DNA of 64,000 nt from contig NW_021836125.1 of the NCBI RefSeq assembly GCF_006345805.1, forward strand, positions 62,001 to 126,000, written 5' to 3'. The notes under the pieces are model-generated. The model worked only from the letters and a program-made list of their open reading frames with translations, did not search any database and was not told where the DNA came from. Each line of letters starts with the position of its first letter. The stretch's first letter is position 1. This stretch comes from Octopus sinensis (Eukaryota). Positions 1 through 14,233 of the stretch are shown here, one piece after another. The position numbers and the translations under genes are program-made.

Positions 1-639
1 GTATATTTAGATAAATTAGTTTGACCTCTCACAAAGTTATTTTCTGCTTCAGAATTGATTAAAATCAGTTTCAATCCGAATGTATCGCATATAGTTTTTC
101 CTGTTGATATATCATATTCAGAATCAGTATGTATATAATATATTTCATTTTTTGTGTTATGAACCATTTCGTTCATTACTAGTATTGTCTTAATTAAAAC
201 AGTATACCTAGTAGTGGTGATATAAGGAATAAAGAAAGCATTTTGTAATAATTATTATCGACTGTATATATCCTAATTTAAATTGTTGCCTCGACCAGAT
301 GTTGTATCAAGATCAAAGAGAGCACATATGATGCATCATTTAAGTGGAACTAAATTTTATGGTGCAAGTGAGAAAATGTGTTGTTATAAATCCACTTAAT
401 CTTTAACAACAAATAAAAATATTAACTAGAATTTTATTTTGGTTTATCGTAATTATAAACCAAATTGTCTTTTTGTTGCTTATTTCCAAAATTTCAATGA
501 CGGAAACTACAAAATTCAAGGATACCTTTTTAATTCTAAAAAAACATACATAGAATAATTAAGTTAATATTATTTTATTGTCCTCTAGAGGTTAATCTTT
601 TTCTTTTAGAGGAGAAAGTAACCAACACCACTCCTTGAT

Positions 640-1555
640 CCTCTATCTTCAAGTTAGTTACGACTCTTTTTTTTATTCGCCATATTATCTTCATACGAAT
701 GACTTGCTTCAATTAAGAGGCTATTAGCTGAATTTATCTCCTCATCAGTGATTCTGATCCCCTGCTTGTGCTCAAAATTATACTCTCCAGTGTTTTCTTC
801 AACACAACTGACTGTATATAAGGCTGAGTTCGTCGTCTTCGATAGCCAACTTTTTAATGTAGTTCTTAAAAACTTGAATTATTTCACTTGAGCGTCATAA
901 AGAATTGACAACTCTCCTGCCAATAGATCGTATTTATGGCATTTCTCGACCTGCTTAGGCGGTTCTGGAAAGTGATTCCACTTCGATGAGAGTAATTTCG
1001 TCCTTAATTTTGGCGTACAAAAATTTTTCAGGCTTGTTATACTGAATATTCGTGTCTGTGATTATTTGAGAATCGACTCGTATTTCGACATTTTATTAAC
1101 GCCAGACGCTTACTCTTCGTCGTCTAACTTTATTCCATGTCTGTGTTTAATGAACATACTCCAGGTCTCCTTTAGCAAACCGTTCTTTCTTAGATTAATA
1201 ACATTCATATGACTTTTAAAGAGTTTAGAGACAACGACATCCCATGTCAAGACAATTGGAATAATCTTTACTTTTAGAGGCCCGACAATTCGTTTGCAAG
1301 CAGGTCGTATTTGTGAAATTGTTCCACTTCAAATTGCTTTAAGCGGTCCTGTGAGGTAATGTCCGATTAAAGTTAGTTCTATTTGTGTCATTTTGTAAAC
1401 AAAAAATGTCAGGTTTATTGAACTAGATTGTCGTTACTGTCAGAATTGACGTGTCAACTCTGATTTCGACATTATTGACACAACGGAGTGTCCTTTCAAC
1501 TTCCTGCTTTTTTTAATTCCATAAATTCGACACAAATAAAATACACTTTACACTT
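640..1555 (-). mobile_element. Degenerate R4-like (RLE) non-LTR retrotransposon: two consecutive 3-prime/endonuclease fragments
   Basis: The minus strand gives decayed NKPDIF, EVE.FHKYDLLANEL and KVKIIPIVLTW motifs at ~1090-1555, then a second KIKDEITLIEV...YDLL block at ~640-1020. These match the cleaner RLE ORF at 47752-48525. Confidence 0.75.
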
Positions 1556-2027
1556 CATTATGTCGAAATGACTGACAATTCGAATAAAATAGTAATCCGC
1601 ATTCTTCCGTCTTAGGGAAAACAAAGTCCCAGAAATGACCTAGTTTCACATTAAGGAAGTTTTAGTTAGTCAAGTTCAGTAAAATTACAAAGACAGTTTC
1701 TTTTACAATTTGAACTTCACTTGCCTCAGATGCCTTGAAGTTCCGCTAAATAATTTCTCAGTCAAAGTTATCAAATAGACCGGTACTTGTTGGAGTTCCG
1801 TTTCCTAACACAAATATCCTCAGCTTTTGAAATTCGGAACTCAATCAGCAAAATCTGAAAAATTGCCAAAAATCAACTTATTACCCAATTTAGAAATAAT
1901 ATATTAAAATAAAATAAACATCATTTTAACAAAAATTAATAAAACCAATGATTTAAATTAATTTACTAATTATAAAATGAGATGACTATATTTAAATATA
2001 TTCTCTTTCGTCATTGCTAGACAATCT

Positions 2028-5000
2028 ATGCATGCATCATCACTAGTCTCATTGATCCGCCAGTTACACCAACCCTGTACCACCGAGGCCTCACTCCTCC
2101 GTATAGTCCAGCCATAACTAATAGAGGACAAACTACACTCATTTGAACTAAACGACGACTGTGGAGTCACATGTCTCAACATTATCCAACATAGCCAGGA
2201 GGAATTCGTCCAAATCTCAGCTCTTTCAATCATTCAGGTGTCATTAGTCTTATTAGCAAAGAAATACATAAAAAGGAAATGTCTTCTGCCTTCAAACCAA
2301 CAGGACATATCACTCATATTCCAGTCCATTTGGGAAATGGCCCTTTCCATCCCTAAACCAGTGGTAAACCGAAAACTATGCCACACAGTCGTATTTATAG
2401 CTCAATATGAGCCCAATAATGTTATCAATTAAATTCTTGAGGTTTTCTCGATCAATTTTATCATTTTAGCTGCTTTCCTGTAAGGAAACTGTCCTTGTTG
2501 GGTCAAGAATGATGCTCAGTCTTTCTGAACTGTTTTTATGCCCATCGGGAGTTCTTCACAAAACGAGTCAAGCGTTACAAAATTTGCTAAACAATTCAAT
2601 TCCCGTGATATTTCACGTGTCAACAAGTTGGCAATAAATAAAATGTGTGTTTTTAGATGTGCTTGATAATATTTTTAATTTATGTGTCAAAGAAGGATCT
2701 GAAACGTCAAGTTTTCAAAATTTTGGACACGAAAAATGTGGGGATATTTGGAATATTGTGTGCTCTAATTTACTGAATTCGATGATAAAAATGATTCATA
2801 TTTCGATAACTGAATCTCTGAGGACTCACATGTTGAGTGTTATATTCAATATAGCTGCACTTGAAGGGATTTCTTTTAAATGTTGTGTGATATTGGCTAT
2901 TTGTTTAGACGGATTTAATGATTCTGGAGAATTATCTTTGCTTAGTCTACGTGCTATTAATGAGATTATAAACCAAAAGCCGATTTCTGACAAACATGAC
3001 GCGATTATTTCTGAAATATTAAACCATTCTTTCGTCATGTTACAACACCACCTCGCAAAAGTGCCTGCTAACGGTTCAAATGTATTTATAAGAAATAATA
3101 CTTATGAAATTAAGTTTATTATTATTAATTTATTAATTTAGTTATTTTAAAGAATTGGTTGATTTTTTAAAAATTTTGGTCGACAAACACCTTATTCGAT
3201 TTAACAGTTTTACGATAACTAAATGGATGGAAATTTTAAAACTGTTCACATTTTGTCATGTTTATATATTTTTAATCGTTAAATAATAGGAGGATGAAAC
3301 CCACCTGATCGAGTGTTTTCGAATTTGGGAAAAATTACTGGACTACATTGACCAATCAAAGCCAGATTTTATTCAAAAAAATCAAAATTTAGCTTTTAAA
3401 GATCTTACATGTAAGTTGGCACTACAATCAGTCGAACTGATGTGCTCAGTCGTACAAATAAGCAAGACAGAGCAACAAGATTACGTTGAAGAAGTTTTTA
3501 TTATCTTTTCATGATTTTTCAGACTGATTTGGCCCATGTGACGCTTTCTATTATCAATAAAGTCGTCAGTTTATATCCAATGGAAATCCTCGGCCATTTG
3601 GTTGCTATTTTTATGTTCAAATTGAATTAGTTTGAGTTCAATCAACAAAATTTGAAACTTTTTTTTGATTCTTTGCCAAATAACGGTTTTTGTCAGGTTT
3701 AATATGTTTTAGTGACTCCGACTTTAATCAAACAAAATATCATTTCCCTCACTATTGTAAGTTCCCTTGTTCCGTTTCTTGTCTCGTTTTTTGAGGAATA
3801 CCAGGAATTGTCGAGGAATTGTTTCGAAAGGTTTTTAACGATTATTAAGTTGTCAGTATTGTCAAATTTGGAGGAATTCTTCTGAACTATTCCTACGACC
3901 AACTGTTTGTTAATCGTTTAATCCTAGTCTAATCCACGTGTTTGAGTGCTGTCAAATGTTTTGCCTTTGGTTGAAACAAGTCCAGAGAGCCTGTGGCTGG
4001 GAATCATTTCCTTTCATGTTGATTTGTCCTCTAAATTTGATATTTGCTGCATTTACTGATATAAATTTGGTATTTTTTGTTTTTTTGGGATTTTAGAGTA
4101 ATCACGTGCTGAAATCTGCTGCCTTGATGTTTGGGAAATACGTCCAATTGGTGCGTCCCCCGATGCTTTTTTCTCATGAAAATTTGATGGGATCGTTCAG
4201 AGGATTTGTCTCCCAACTGAGCAGTTTATCTACAAGGACAAAACTGACAGGAAAGGTTGTATTTTTGTTGGTTTTTGTAAAGATTGTTGTTGAAATTTGT
4301 GTTGCTTATTCAAATTATTTGATTCTTCCTTGGAGTGTTCCAAACGAAAGATTTCAAAATTGGGACGTCCGAAAATCCGAACATTTGTATTTCGTAAAAA
4401 CATTAATTGCTGATTTAAGTTGATAAAATATCTTATTTTTAGTGAAAAATGATTTTTTGTTATGTCTGGAGTGCTGTACTGGATTCATATCTGCACTACA
4501 TTACGACGGTTGTGCCAAAAGTAGAAATATTTGCATGGACTCGCTGCAGGATTTTATAGACGGAAGTGTTCATTTTCTCAATTCAAACACACTCTTGAGA
4601 GGTTGAGTGTCTGTGTCTTTAAATTAGGTGGACTAACTCAGAGGTATTTCGAGTTTATAACTTCGGTCATGATTTGCTTCAAGAAAAATATATCTATTAA
4701 TATTGTCAAGAATATATTGATAGTATATTGGGGAAAGGTGACTTTTAGATTTTTTGTGAGTGTTTTTGCCCGCTAATTGAGGGCAACGATTACAAATCTG
4801 AATATATCTGTTATTTGATTGAAAATCCGTCCACGTTTGATGGGTTGGACGTAGAAAGTTAATTTTAGACTTTTGCAGCTGATTTCAGTGGCCTTTGAAC
4901 ATGTGAATACTTCTGTCTTTGACATGGTAGAACAATTCCTTGGAATATTGCTAAATAAACGTTTTTATACTTTTTCAAAAGTTTGTTGTTTCGCTCAAAG

Positions 5001-5662
5001 ACTCAAGGATGTGTCTTCTGTGAGTGGACTACGCGCTATTTTTGATGTCTTTGAATCCATTTTGAAGTTTCAGTGGCAATTTTTTTATTTAAAGTCCTGC
5101 CAAGGGGAATTCCGTACTGAATCGGTTCAAACATTGTTTATTCTCATTTTCCGAGTATTATTATATTTTGTAAATCTTAGGCCTATGAGTCCTCGTTTTT
5201 GGAACCTGATATTGAAATTTGTCAGCGAAATGTTATATTTTTAAGAGATTTTATCAACAAAAACAAAATTTTTGAATTTGTATTTTATTGTCTTAGAAAA
5301 TGCTTAGAAATGCCTTAGAGATCAGTTTTTTGTGTCGTTGAGCGAAAGTTGTCTTTTTTTGATGAAATCTGCAAATTATTCTATCATTGGTGAAGACGTG
5401 ATATCGTTTTTGTTTGAAATTGCGTCTTTTGACTGGTTCCTATTCAACGAACGAGTTATGGAGGGATACGTCGACTTTATGAGGAGACAATTTACCTCAG
5501 CATTGTGTTGTCCTGTGGTTGATTTGGTTTGGAGTCCTTCTTGTAAAGTTAATTCTTGATTATTCGATATAATAGGACTTTTCTTCGTTTTCAAAGACTA
5601 TTGGTGAATTGTCCGCGGATATTCGTTTATATGAAGATCTGCTGTCGTCGCACAAGCTATGA
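2028..5662 (+). CDS. XPO6: Exportin-6-like importin-beta family HEAT-repeat protein, many mini-introns
   Basis: The spliced translation gives LVSLIRQLHQPCTT, NRKLCHTVVFIAQYEP, VGSRMMLSLSELFLCP, FTFCHEDETHLIECFRIWEKLLDY and VRPPML. These recall XPO6 LESLMTEFFHDCTT, NKLCKVIVDIG, LGLIMLKTTSEELACP and YTFHQPTHEGYFSCLDIWTLFLDY. The 3-prime end is tentative. Confidence 0.7.
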
Positions 5663-6169
5663 ATTTGTCGTTTTATAAATTGGATATTTTTATGTCAATC
5701 TTTAATTCTTTATTAAATAAACTAATTAATCAATTTTACAAAACATGAGTGGCTTTTACTAAACGTGAAAATATTTTTTAACACTTTTACTAAACTGTTT
5801 AATTAAGTACTGAGCGTTCGATGTAAACAAAGAAAGTTCTTCTTGCCTCTCATCTTTTTTTCTGGCTCTGCAAACTTTCAAGAAAGTGTAGTCGAGCGTC
5901 TGTTGCTGACTTAATGTTTGGAAAAAGCTACGATGATCGAACGAGATGTCTTTAGAGTTGTTTTAAGAACATTAGCCTTATCTAACTGCTAAAGTAATTC
6001 TCTTGGTATTATTAGTGACCAATCTTTCAATTTCATTACACTCCTTTCGAGGAGATTTTAATCTAGGCACATTTCCAGTTAGAGATTTTACTCGATTTTG
6101 AAACAATTTGATAATTGTGTTGCTCGATTTGTCGGAAACGAAAATGTCGGGCTTACTATTAGGGAAATT

Positions 6170-6880
6170 TCTTAACTGGCCGACGCGGAAGGGTCCGTAT
6201 TGACAATACTACTTCAAGATCAAGACTACTTCCCAATGGTGTCCCACAAGGCTCCCCTTTATCTCCTCTCCTTTTTAACATTACCTACCTATTACTAATG
6301 ACCCAGATATTATGTTCTTATCCTATGCGGACGACCTGATTATTGCTGCAAGAGATAAATCTCCTTCTGTGGCTGTTGCAATAGTCCAGTCACACCTCAA
6401 TTGTGTATGTGATTGGCTATCTGCAAACATGTTGTGTGTGTCTGCATCTAAATCCCAGTTCACATTTTTTTACTACTGATAGAAGATTCAAGGATAGACT
6501 GGAACTATTCATTGGAGACAAACCTATTCCCTCTTCGAGTACCTAGAAGATCCTTGGCGTAGTTTTCGACTCCTTAATGACGTTCTCAAGTCACGTGGAG
6601 GAGGTTCTAGCTAAAGGTCTTTGGAAGTGGAACGTCTTGAAAGCGCGGTTAAAAAAGAGTCCCTTCCCCCTGGAAGATTGTGTCAGGAAAGTCTACCAAC
6701 AAGGGATTGCCCAGACGGTTGAGTATGCCTGCTCAGCCTGGAAGTTTGCAATTGCTTGTTCAAAAGCGGAACGTTTGAACTCGCTCAGAAGGAAGATTAT
6801 GTTCCACACTGACACCTCAGTTGGCACCCTTGTTTCCGAGGAGGCGACGCGGAAGAATGGAATTTGTCCTAATTAATTAA
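6170..6880 (+). mobile_element. Degenerate LINE (Jockey/I-like) reverse transcriptase fragment
   Basis: NGVPQGSPLSPLLFNI, SYADDLII, ILGVVFD and EYACSAW motifs, interrupted by stops and frameshifts. Confidence 0.8.
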
Positions 6881-8494
6881 TTTAATGAATTAAAGAGGCT
6901 GATTCTTTATGGGCGAGAGGCTGACGCGATCGAGAAAGAGTTTTAGCGTACTATCGCGAGGGATATCCGCTCAAAAAACATCTCGATCAATTAACTAACT
7001 TAGGATTTTGTATATTCTGTTAGAACTTTTGAAAGAAAATATATGACCCAATTAAACTTTCATTTACATATGTGACGTCATGAATATATTTAATTCAATA
7101 TAAAAGGAAATCATCCGCTTAAAGAAAATGTTCCTTATTCTATTTTCCTTTGCAACTGCGCTTAATAATGAAAGTTCTTTTAATTAAATGTATGTTTAAG
7201 AAATAGAAATCGCCTTTCACAAAACCAATGGTTTAAAAATGAGTGTTTCTATTACAATGTAAGTGATTTTAAATGATTTTAAAAGCAATCTCAATGAAGA
7301 TAAAACTTATATTATTACTATGGACGAGATAAATATCCCAATAGATTATGTAATTTATTTTTCTAAACTATATAATTAAAGAAATTCCAACCAGATCTTC
7401 TAAACTATTTGGTATTCAAATTGTTTAATATTTCCGTGGATTTTTTTACTCGACAAATTAGATATGACAATGGAATAGGAGATGTTAACTATAATGGTTA
7501 AATTGTTGATTTAATAGATTATAGACTATGAGGATGATTTCAATAAAGCTTCTCCAATATTAAACAACATTTTAAAAATTATTCAAGTAAAAAAAGACGA
7601 TTCAAGAAATAAACGAAATGGGAATTTGAAATATCCCCAAGAAAGAGAAAAAAGACAAGTATTAAATTTTAATAAGAATGTATAGTTCTACAATATTGGA
7701 ATTGAACAATTAACACAATGTTTTAATCACATTGGAATAATTAATTTTTAGTTATCATAAAGATTAAGAGATCAGAAAAAAATCGGAGATTATTTGATTT
7801 GGAATTGTATTAACGCATTTACAACTAATCATTAGAAAAGACGACATGCAACTTGAAACCGTCTATTCTAAAGAATATTTAAATAAGTTGATTCCAGAAG
7901 GAGTGGTGATTTTGTTAATACATTTTAGTATGAAATTTCACCAAAAAATATATATTATTTATTAAAATTGGCACAATTTCCAGACAATGCGGGTGGAATG
8001 TCAGACCTAAGACTTAGCGCCGAGTTTATTTTATTTACGAGCCTATATTAGATCTCTAAATGAAACCATCCTGACATTAGCTTCATGTTATGGGAAATCT
8101 TTACCGCTATTCGCACAAATTTTTTTTCTTGATGGCATAGAAAAAATGCCAAAATTCGAGATGATAGAAAAAAATATTGAAAATTGCAATCATTTAACGA
8201 CTAATAACGAAAAACCAAAAAATATCCCCAAAGGAATATTCCATTTAATGGTGGGAATTGGTTTCTTGATCCGATATTTAATGTAGTTACATTTTCTAAC
8301 GTTACTAACACAATTTTTCGAATATAATAAGATTTTAGTTATAGTTCTTAATACCGAAAGTTAAACTAGACATCAACAATAAAAAACTCTCTGGATCAAT
8401 TTTTAACCAAAAAACGGGAATTCTCAATTAAAAAATTGTAACTATTTCAAAATCACTAAACAAAGTAAGAAAAAACATATTAGTACAAAATAAA

Positions 8495-10586
8495 CTATTT
8501 ACTGGTCACATCTTCTTCCACTTGTATGTCCTTCAACTCATTTTCCCTTTGAGTAAGTCTAAGCATATCAGATATCTGTTCACTGCTCAATGCAAAGTCA
8601 GGATTACCAATTGCCTCAAAAACCTAGAAAATACAAAAATGAATAAATACCCTCAAAATTCTCTCCACGTCAATTTTTCCATCACGATCGTCGTCGATGG
8701 TCCCCAAAATCAGTCTTAACTTTTCCTTCTTTCCTGCAGAGTCATTCAAATGGTCCAAAACTTCGTCAATGCTCACCAACTGCTGCCTAAACAACTCATT
8801 GGCTATAAAAACATGCGAAGATCTCCACTCTCGGGTTGGGGAGTGGAGGAAGACATTTTTTCAATCATCTTTGCCAGTCGGCCCCGCAATAGTTTGGAAG
8901 CCCTGGTCTCACTCAAAGGTACGTTTTTTAAATCAGACAGTCTTTCTAACTCTTCCATGTTCTAAACATATGGTAAAAACACACCTGTTGATATTCCGTG
9001 ATCCCATCCTGCAATTCACGGAATTCTCTGGAGGACAAACTCAGATTACGGTGGTCGACTGCCTGAATTAGGAGGTTCTCAATCGTTTCCAAGTCATCAC
9101 ATTGAACGTTGACATGATCCACGTTATTTTCATCAGGGAGTGCGGATATGTCCGGACTCTTCTCACTGTGGTCGTCCTTAATGGCCTCTTCTTCGTTGAG
9201 AACAACAACAAGTCTGTCCGTGTTGGAAATAACCTCTCCACTCTCCTCTGCCAATCTCAACTTGACATCCTCCTCCTATCAATCCAGAAATATCTATAAA
9301 CCGTGTCTTGGTCAAGGGAAAGAATTGTTTTCTTCAATTTCTCTTCAACAGGTAAATTTGGAGGAACGTAGAGCGCACTCGACAACAACATGAGAGAAGC
9401 AGGGACTTGGTGGTCAATATGGAGGTCCAGCCACTGTTGGAGTTGTTGTTTGAGTCGTTCTTCCCTCAGTCCAAACACTCGCATTCCTCTGGCTTTACAA
9501 GCGGAGACCAATTCTGCTGAAGTGAGACTTTCTACTCCTTCTAATTGGATCATCTGAATTGGTCAGTTGGGAGTACTTTGTCGTCGGCTTTCAGCATTCG
9601 GAGCTTAATGCCCAGTCGGAATCGGAGGAGTGGGACAGTCGAGGTTGGATTGATGAGGGTCGACATGTCCAAAAGACGACAAATTGCTATCAGCTGGTCC
9701 CTGTTTAGTCCATCCATCGTCAGGTCGTCTTCAAATAATTTACAAAATTTCAAAATTTGAGATGTCTCTGGCATTTCAGCATTGTTGCGGATCTAATTTA
9801 ATTAATTATTTAAATATTAATATTTACTGTTTTCATAAATTGAACAAATTCTTCTACACTGGATGTTCTTGTGGTGTCATTTTTCTTGATTACTGTTACT
9901 GACTCTTCGAGCGTATTTTGTAAGAATTTTGCCATTTCTAGCTTAACTTTAAGCCTTTTCCGAGCCATTTCCTGTTCTTTGGTCTCATTTTTGAAAGTGC
10001 TAGGCAGCATATTGGGAAACAATTTTATAAAGACCGGCATCAGCAACTCCAAAAAGGGTATCAAAATAATAATAAACAACGGGACCATTCGAATCAAATC
10101 AGCAGTGGTCCTTACTAACTGAAAATTAATGTCAATCTATGCCTGTTTTCTCTCTCTTCTAGTCAGGAAATGCCCACGTAACATTCTTGTCAAAAGACGA
10201 ACCGATATTTTCAGTTCTATCGCGAAAAGGCGGAATCCGTCGTAGTAATGTTTCACTTCCTTCACAAAGCGGTCTTTAAGAGACGGTTTTTGAGCCTTTC
10301 CGACGTCTGTGTGTTTCGGGGATGAGTCTAACGTGGGTTTTTGAGGGTCTGAGAGTTGATTTTCTTCGAGTTTTTTGATTACTTTGTCCAATTTTGAGTT
10401 CGTGTTTAAATTTCTGTTTGGTGTGATTAAAAAAATTGCATTTTTTGTGATTTGTGGAGAATTATGGTAGGTTGGTAAAATATTTATTATATTTTGCTTA
10501 TATAAATTACTGTAATTATATCTAAAGTGATAAATCAGTAAAGAATTATACTTTTTGATTAAATGAGGAACTCTTTGAATTAACAT
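8495..10586 (-). CDS. LETM1: Mitochondrial inner-membrane LETM1/Mdm38 protein, 7 introns of 23-35 nt
   Basis: Motifs KEVKHYYDGFRL, LTRRERKQ|LVRTTADLIRMVP, FIKLFPNMLPSTF, LFEDDLTMDGLNRDQL and ELVSACKARGM, plus a C-terminal EF-hand-like DDDRDGKID. Splicing restores a continuous frame to TAG. Confidence 0.93.
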
Positions 10587-10719
10587 ATGACGTACAAATC
10601 AAGGCCAGCACTTAAATTAATTATTTAAACATAAAATTGATTTTTATTATTAAAGTTAATATTGTATTTAAAATATTATTATAAGAAAGTATAAACTGAT
10701 TGATTATCTAATTAAAGGC

Positions 10720-11500
10720 AGGTTCTCGGGCACTTCTACCGTACTTCATACCAACACAGCTCGGAGTTTGTATCCGAGGAGGCGTGGAGGCCGAGGTCCA
10801 CGGTCTACGTGAGTTTGTTAACTCTTCCACGGATTCCTAACGAATTTCGGCCAAGATCGATTTAAAGAATAAATTCAATTTTGTTAGAAGAGACTGTATC
10901 CTTGAAGCCTGCGCCAAAGAAATTCCGTACATCCTACCGATTGTCAACTTGACATACTCCAAGCCTTCTGCGCTTATATTCGGGACAACCATACTTGATT
11001 CTGCCAATGGAGTTCAACAAGGTGACTCTCTAGGACCTCTCTTATTCTCCCTCGCAATCCACCAAACAACGAGATTGTGTAAAACTGACCTTAACATGTG
11101 GTATTTGGATGATTAGAGGAACCCCCGAAGACATCTTGGAAACAATGAAGTCGCTTTTGTTTAATTTCAGAGCACTGGGGCTTTAATTAAACTGCGGCAA
11201 ATGTGAAATTGTGAATGTCAACACGGACGAACTTTCCTTTCGGATGTGGATGACTGAATTCGACAAACTGCTACCCGGATGTACCTTCTCCCTCAAAGAA
11301 GACTTGATTTTTCTTGGATCTCCTATTTTTGAAAGTTGTATCAAAGCTGTTATGAAGGCTAAAATATCGGAATTTTCTTTTCTCTCTGAAAAATTACGTT
11401 TTGTGGATAGCCACATTGGGCTCTTTATTGAGGAACTGTCTATCTATTCCAAAGAAAAATGTTAGCTTCCGTCGCCGTCAATGCTTCTATACAACGCCGG
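10720..11500 (+). mobile_element. Degenerate CRE-like non-LTR RT fragment
   Basis: GVQQGDSLGPLLFSLAI, NMWYLDD, LNCGKCE and FLGSPI motifs with frameshifts. Confidence 0.8.
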
Positions 11501-12147
11501 TACTAGAGAATCTACAAAAAAATCATTTATGTCGTTGGATTTTTTCTATAAAAACCAGTTAAGAAGAATCGTTGATATATGTTGGCCACATAGATAAATT
11601 TAATGAGTCTTTACGAGATGTGCAGTTCGCGACCTATAAGAAACGATGTCCTGAAAACCCGACGATTTTATTCGTCCCTTCATTTTTGTATCGCCCCTTT
11701 ATTTCGTAATATTACTATTAAGTAATTATTAGAAATTTCAACTCACCCTATCAAGTATGAGGGCATCATGGTCGTTAGAGACATAATCAATTATTAATTA
11801 CATTACATAATTCGAAATAATTTTCTCTCTGTTTGGATTTAAATTGTTAATTAACAATCAATAAAGTTTCAACAAGAAAACTTCTAGTCTATTACAAAAA
11901 AACATCATTCTTTTTTAACAAAAAAATCCCAAAGTCTTCTCAACAAACTGGAAAGTCAAAAAATCCAAAAGAGACCTTTCACCTTTTTACGCCTAAGAAC
12001 AACCAAGCGACCCTAAATGCGCTTTCATTGTTCAAAATGTAAGAGTCGGGTTACCAGACGTCTCATTGGCTGCGAGAGCAGTCCAGACAGAGCACAGGAC
12101 CTATTAGACGAGGCGCTAGATCTTCATCGTTCGTTTATCAGTTAGGG

Positions 12148-14233
12148 CAGGGGTCGGCAAATACTTTTGGAGAAGAGCCAATTTTGAACATTTTTAGAAA
12201 TTTCAAAAAATTGAAGAGCCACCTTTTATCACTTGTCAAAAATTTAAATTCATAAAATTAAATAGACATTATTTTAAAAAATAATTAAAAATTCATTTTA
12301 AAAAATTAAATTAATTAGACGCATTAATGAGAAATGTGATTCCTCATTTCTTTGGAGAGTTGGTTAATGTCTGGGTCGTAAGTCGTTAATTTTAATCTGA
12401 GGTTAGATTCCAAATTCGAATCTGTAATTTTGTTTTTTAATTTCGATTTTATATAATTCATATGAGAAAAACTTTGTTCACACATATAAGTGGACCCGAA
12501 TATTGTCAAAATTCCGTATGCAATTTTTTTTAATTCATAAAAAGAATCTGGAAGAGAATTCCAAGTTTCGAGAATCACATCTTCAAGTTTCTTTTGTATA
12601 ACATTAATATCATTCTTAATTTTACCAGACAATGTTTCTGTTCCAAGGTTTCAAGTAATTCTGAAAGGCGAATAAACTTTGATGCCCATAATTCCTTACA
12701 TGTCAAGTCCAATAGCTGCATTTTGAACTCAGCTGCGTTGACAAATGGCAATCAATTTAAATTGCTAACTTTAGCACGTAGAGGGTTTATAACGAACGAT
12801 AGTGTTGCTTTTTCTTTTCTAAAATCCTTAAACCTTTATATTTAAACATTCATTTTTAACCTGTCATTGAAAGATTCCTTCATGTACAAAAGAGCATTTT
12901 TAAAATAAGTTTTATTTATAGTTCGATCATTTTCTTTCAAATATTGGCGTAATTTAGGAAAATGTAAAATATTTGTTCTATATCCTCTTCAAACAAAATT
13001 AATTTTTTTTCAAATAATATCACTTCCTCATACATGAAAAAAGCAATATTTCCACTCCGTTGCAATTTTAAATTAAATTTGTTTAATTCTGATGTTATGT
13101 CAACCATAAAATAGAATTTCTGCAGCCATTGGTCATCACTTAATTCGTCATAATGAATTTTTTTCTCATTTAAAAAAAGTTTGACTTCTTGCATACAAGA
13201 AGCAAACCGATTGAGAACGTTCCCTCTCGAAAGCCAACGAACTTTGTTGTATTGAAGTAGATCAATATACTCGTTGTTGGTTTCGTTTAACAACTCTTTA
13301 AATAGCCGATGATTAAGTCCCTTAAATATATAACAAGATCTTCACCACGGGTTTGACCCTTTAGAGGCAATAATGCCAAAAGTTCTTGCCTCAGGAAACC
13401 TCGAGACACATAACGAACAAACAGAGACACCTAAGTATGACATGAACAATGATACTTGAGCAATGTCATTTATATCACATGATTCATCTATTGCTATTGA
13501 AATTGAATTAGACAATTTCATGTCAGAAACTTGTTGAACAGATACATTCGAAGACATCTTAAAAGTCCTGTCGGCTACTATTTTCGCAGATAAAGGTATA
13601 TTCATTATCTTATTCACGATTTCTGCCTTATTTGAAAAATCGTGAAAAAGTTCTTCAGAGGTTTTAATGAAACATGCCTTTATAAATTCCCCATCGGTAA
13701 ATGGTTTTCCCTTTTTGCGATCTCGTGGCTTATCACAAAATTTGCAATATTTGCAGTCCTGGCATTGTCAGACCAACATTTAAAAGCAGAATTCTCAAAT
13801 TGAATATTTTTTGTAAGTTCTTCTACAGCTTTCTTTCGGGAATCACCAATTGGATATTTTTTGGCGAAATTTGAGTGTTTTGTGTTAAAGTGTCTCTCTA
13901 AATTTTACTTTTTATTTTGATTCAATGTTTCCTGGCAAATGAGACATTTCGGTAGTTGTTCGGAATTAGACGTGAATGCAAAAGTTGCAGTCCATTTTGA
14001 TTGAAAATTTCGCGCATTATCGATTTTTTTAATAATTTTTTTCTTGCTAGGCATATATCGATGTACAACAAAAATTAATGTTAAACGTGCAAAAATTTTT
14101 TGTTATTAACAAAACAAAAAAAATAGTTAAAAATTGAAATCATTTATAAAAAAAATAGTTAAAAATTGAAAGAGCCTACCGTAAGAGTTAAAGAGCCTTC
14201 AAAGGCTCGCGAGCCTGCTTTTGCCGACCCCTG
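12148..14233 (-). mobile_element. hAT DNA transposon (SPIN/GTF2IRD2-like transposase, frameshifted)
   Basis: 13-bp TIRs CAGGGGTCGGCAA/TTGCCGACCCCTG and a perfect 8-bp TSD AGTTAGGG. Transposase remnants at 12324-14054: CLICQETL, AIDESCDI, VRWLSRG, FGSTYMCEQSFS. Confidence 0.93.

Noticed and set aside
2430-2432. Alternative genetic code (TAA=Gln or TGA=Trp)
   Set aside because: RPS16 and SPAG16 end in TAA, LETM1 in TAG and PISD in TGA at expected C-termini, and other in-frame stops are removed by introns.
7000-8400. Possible decayed transposase
   Set aside because: No diagnostic motif or terminal repeat found.
8787-8816. Second GC-AG intron in LETM1
   Set aside because: A canonical 26-nt GT-AG intron gives the correct frame; the GC option does not.
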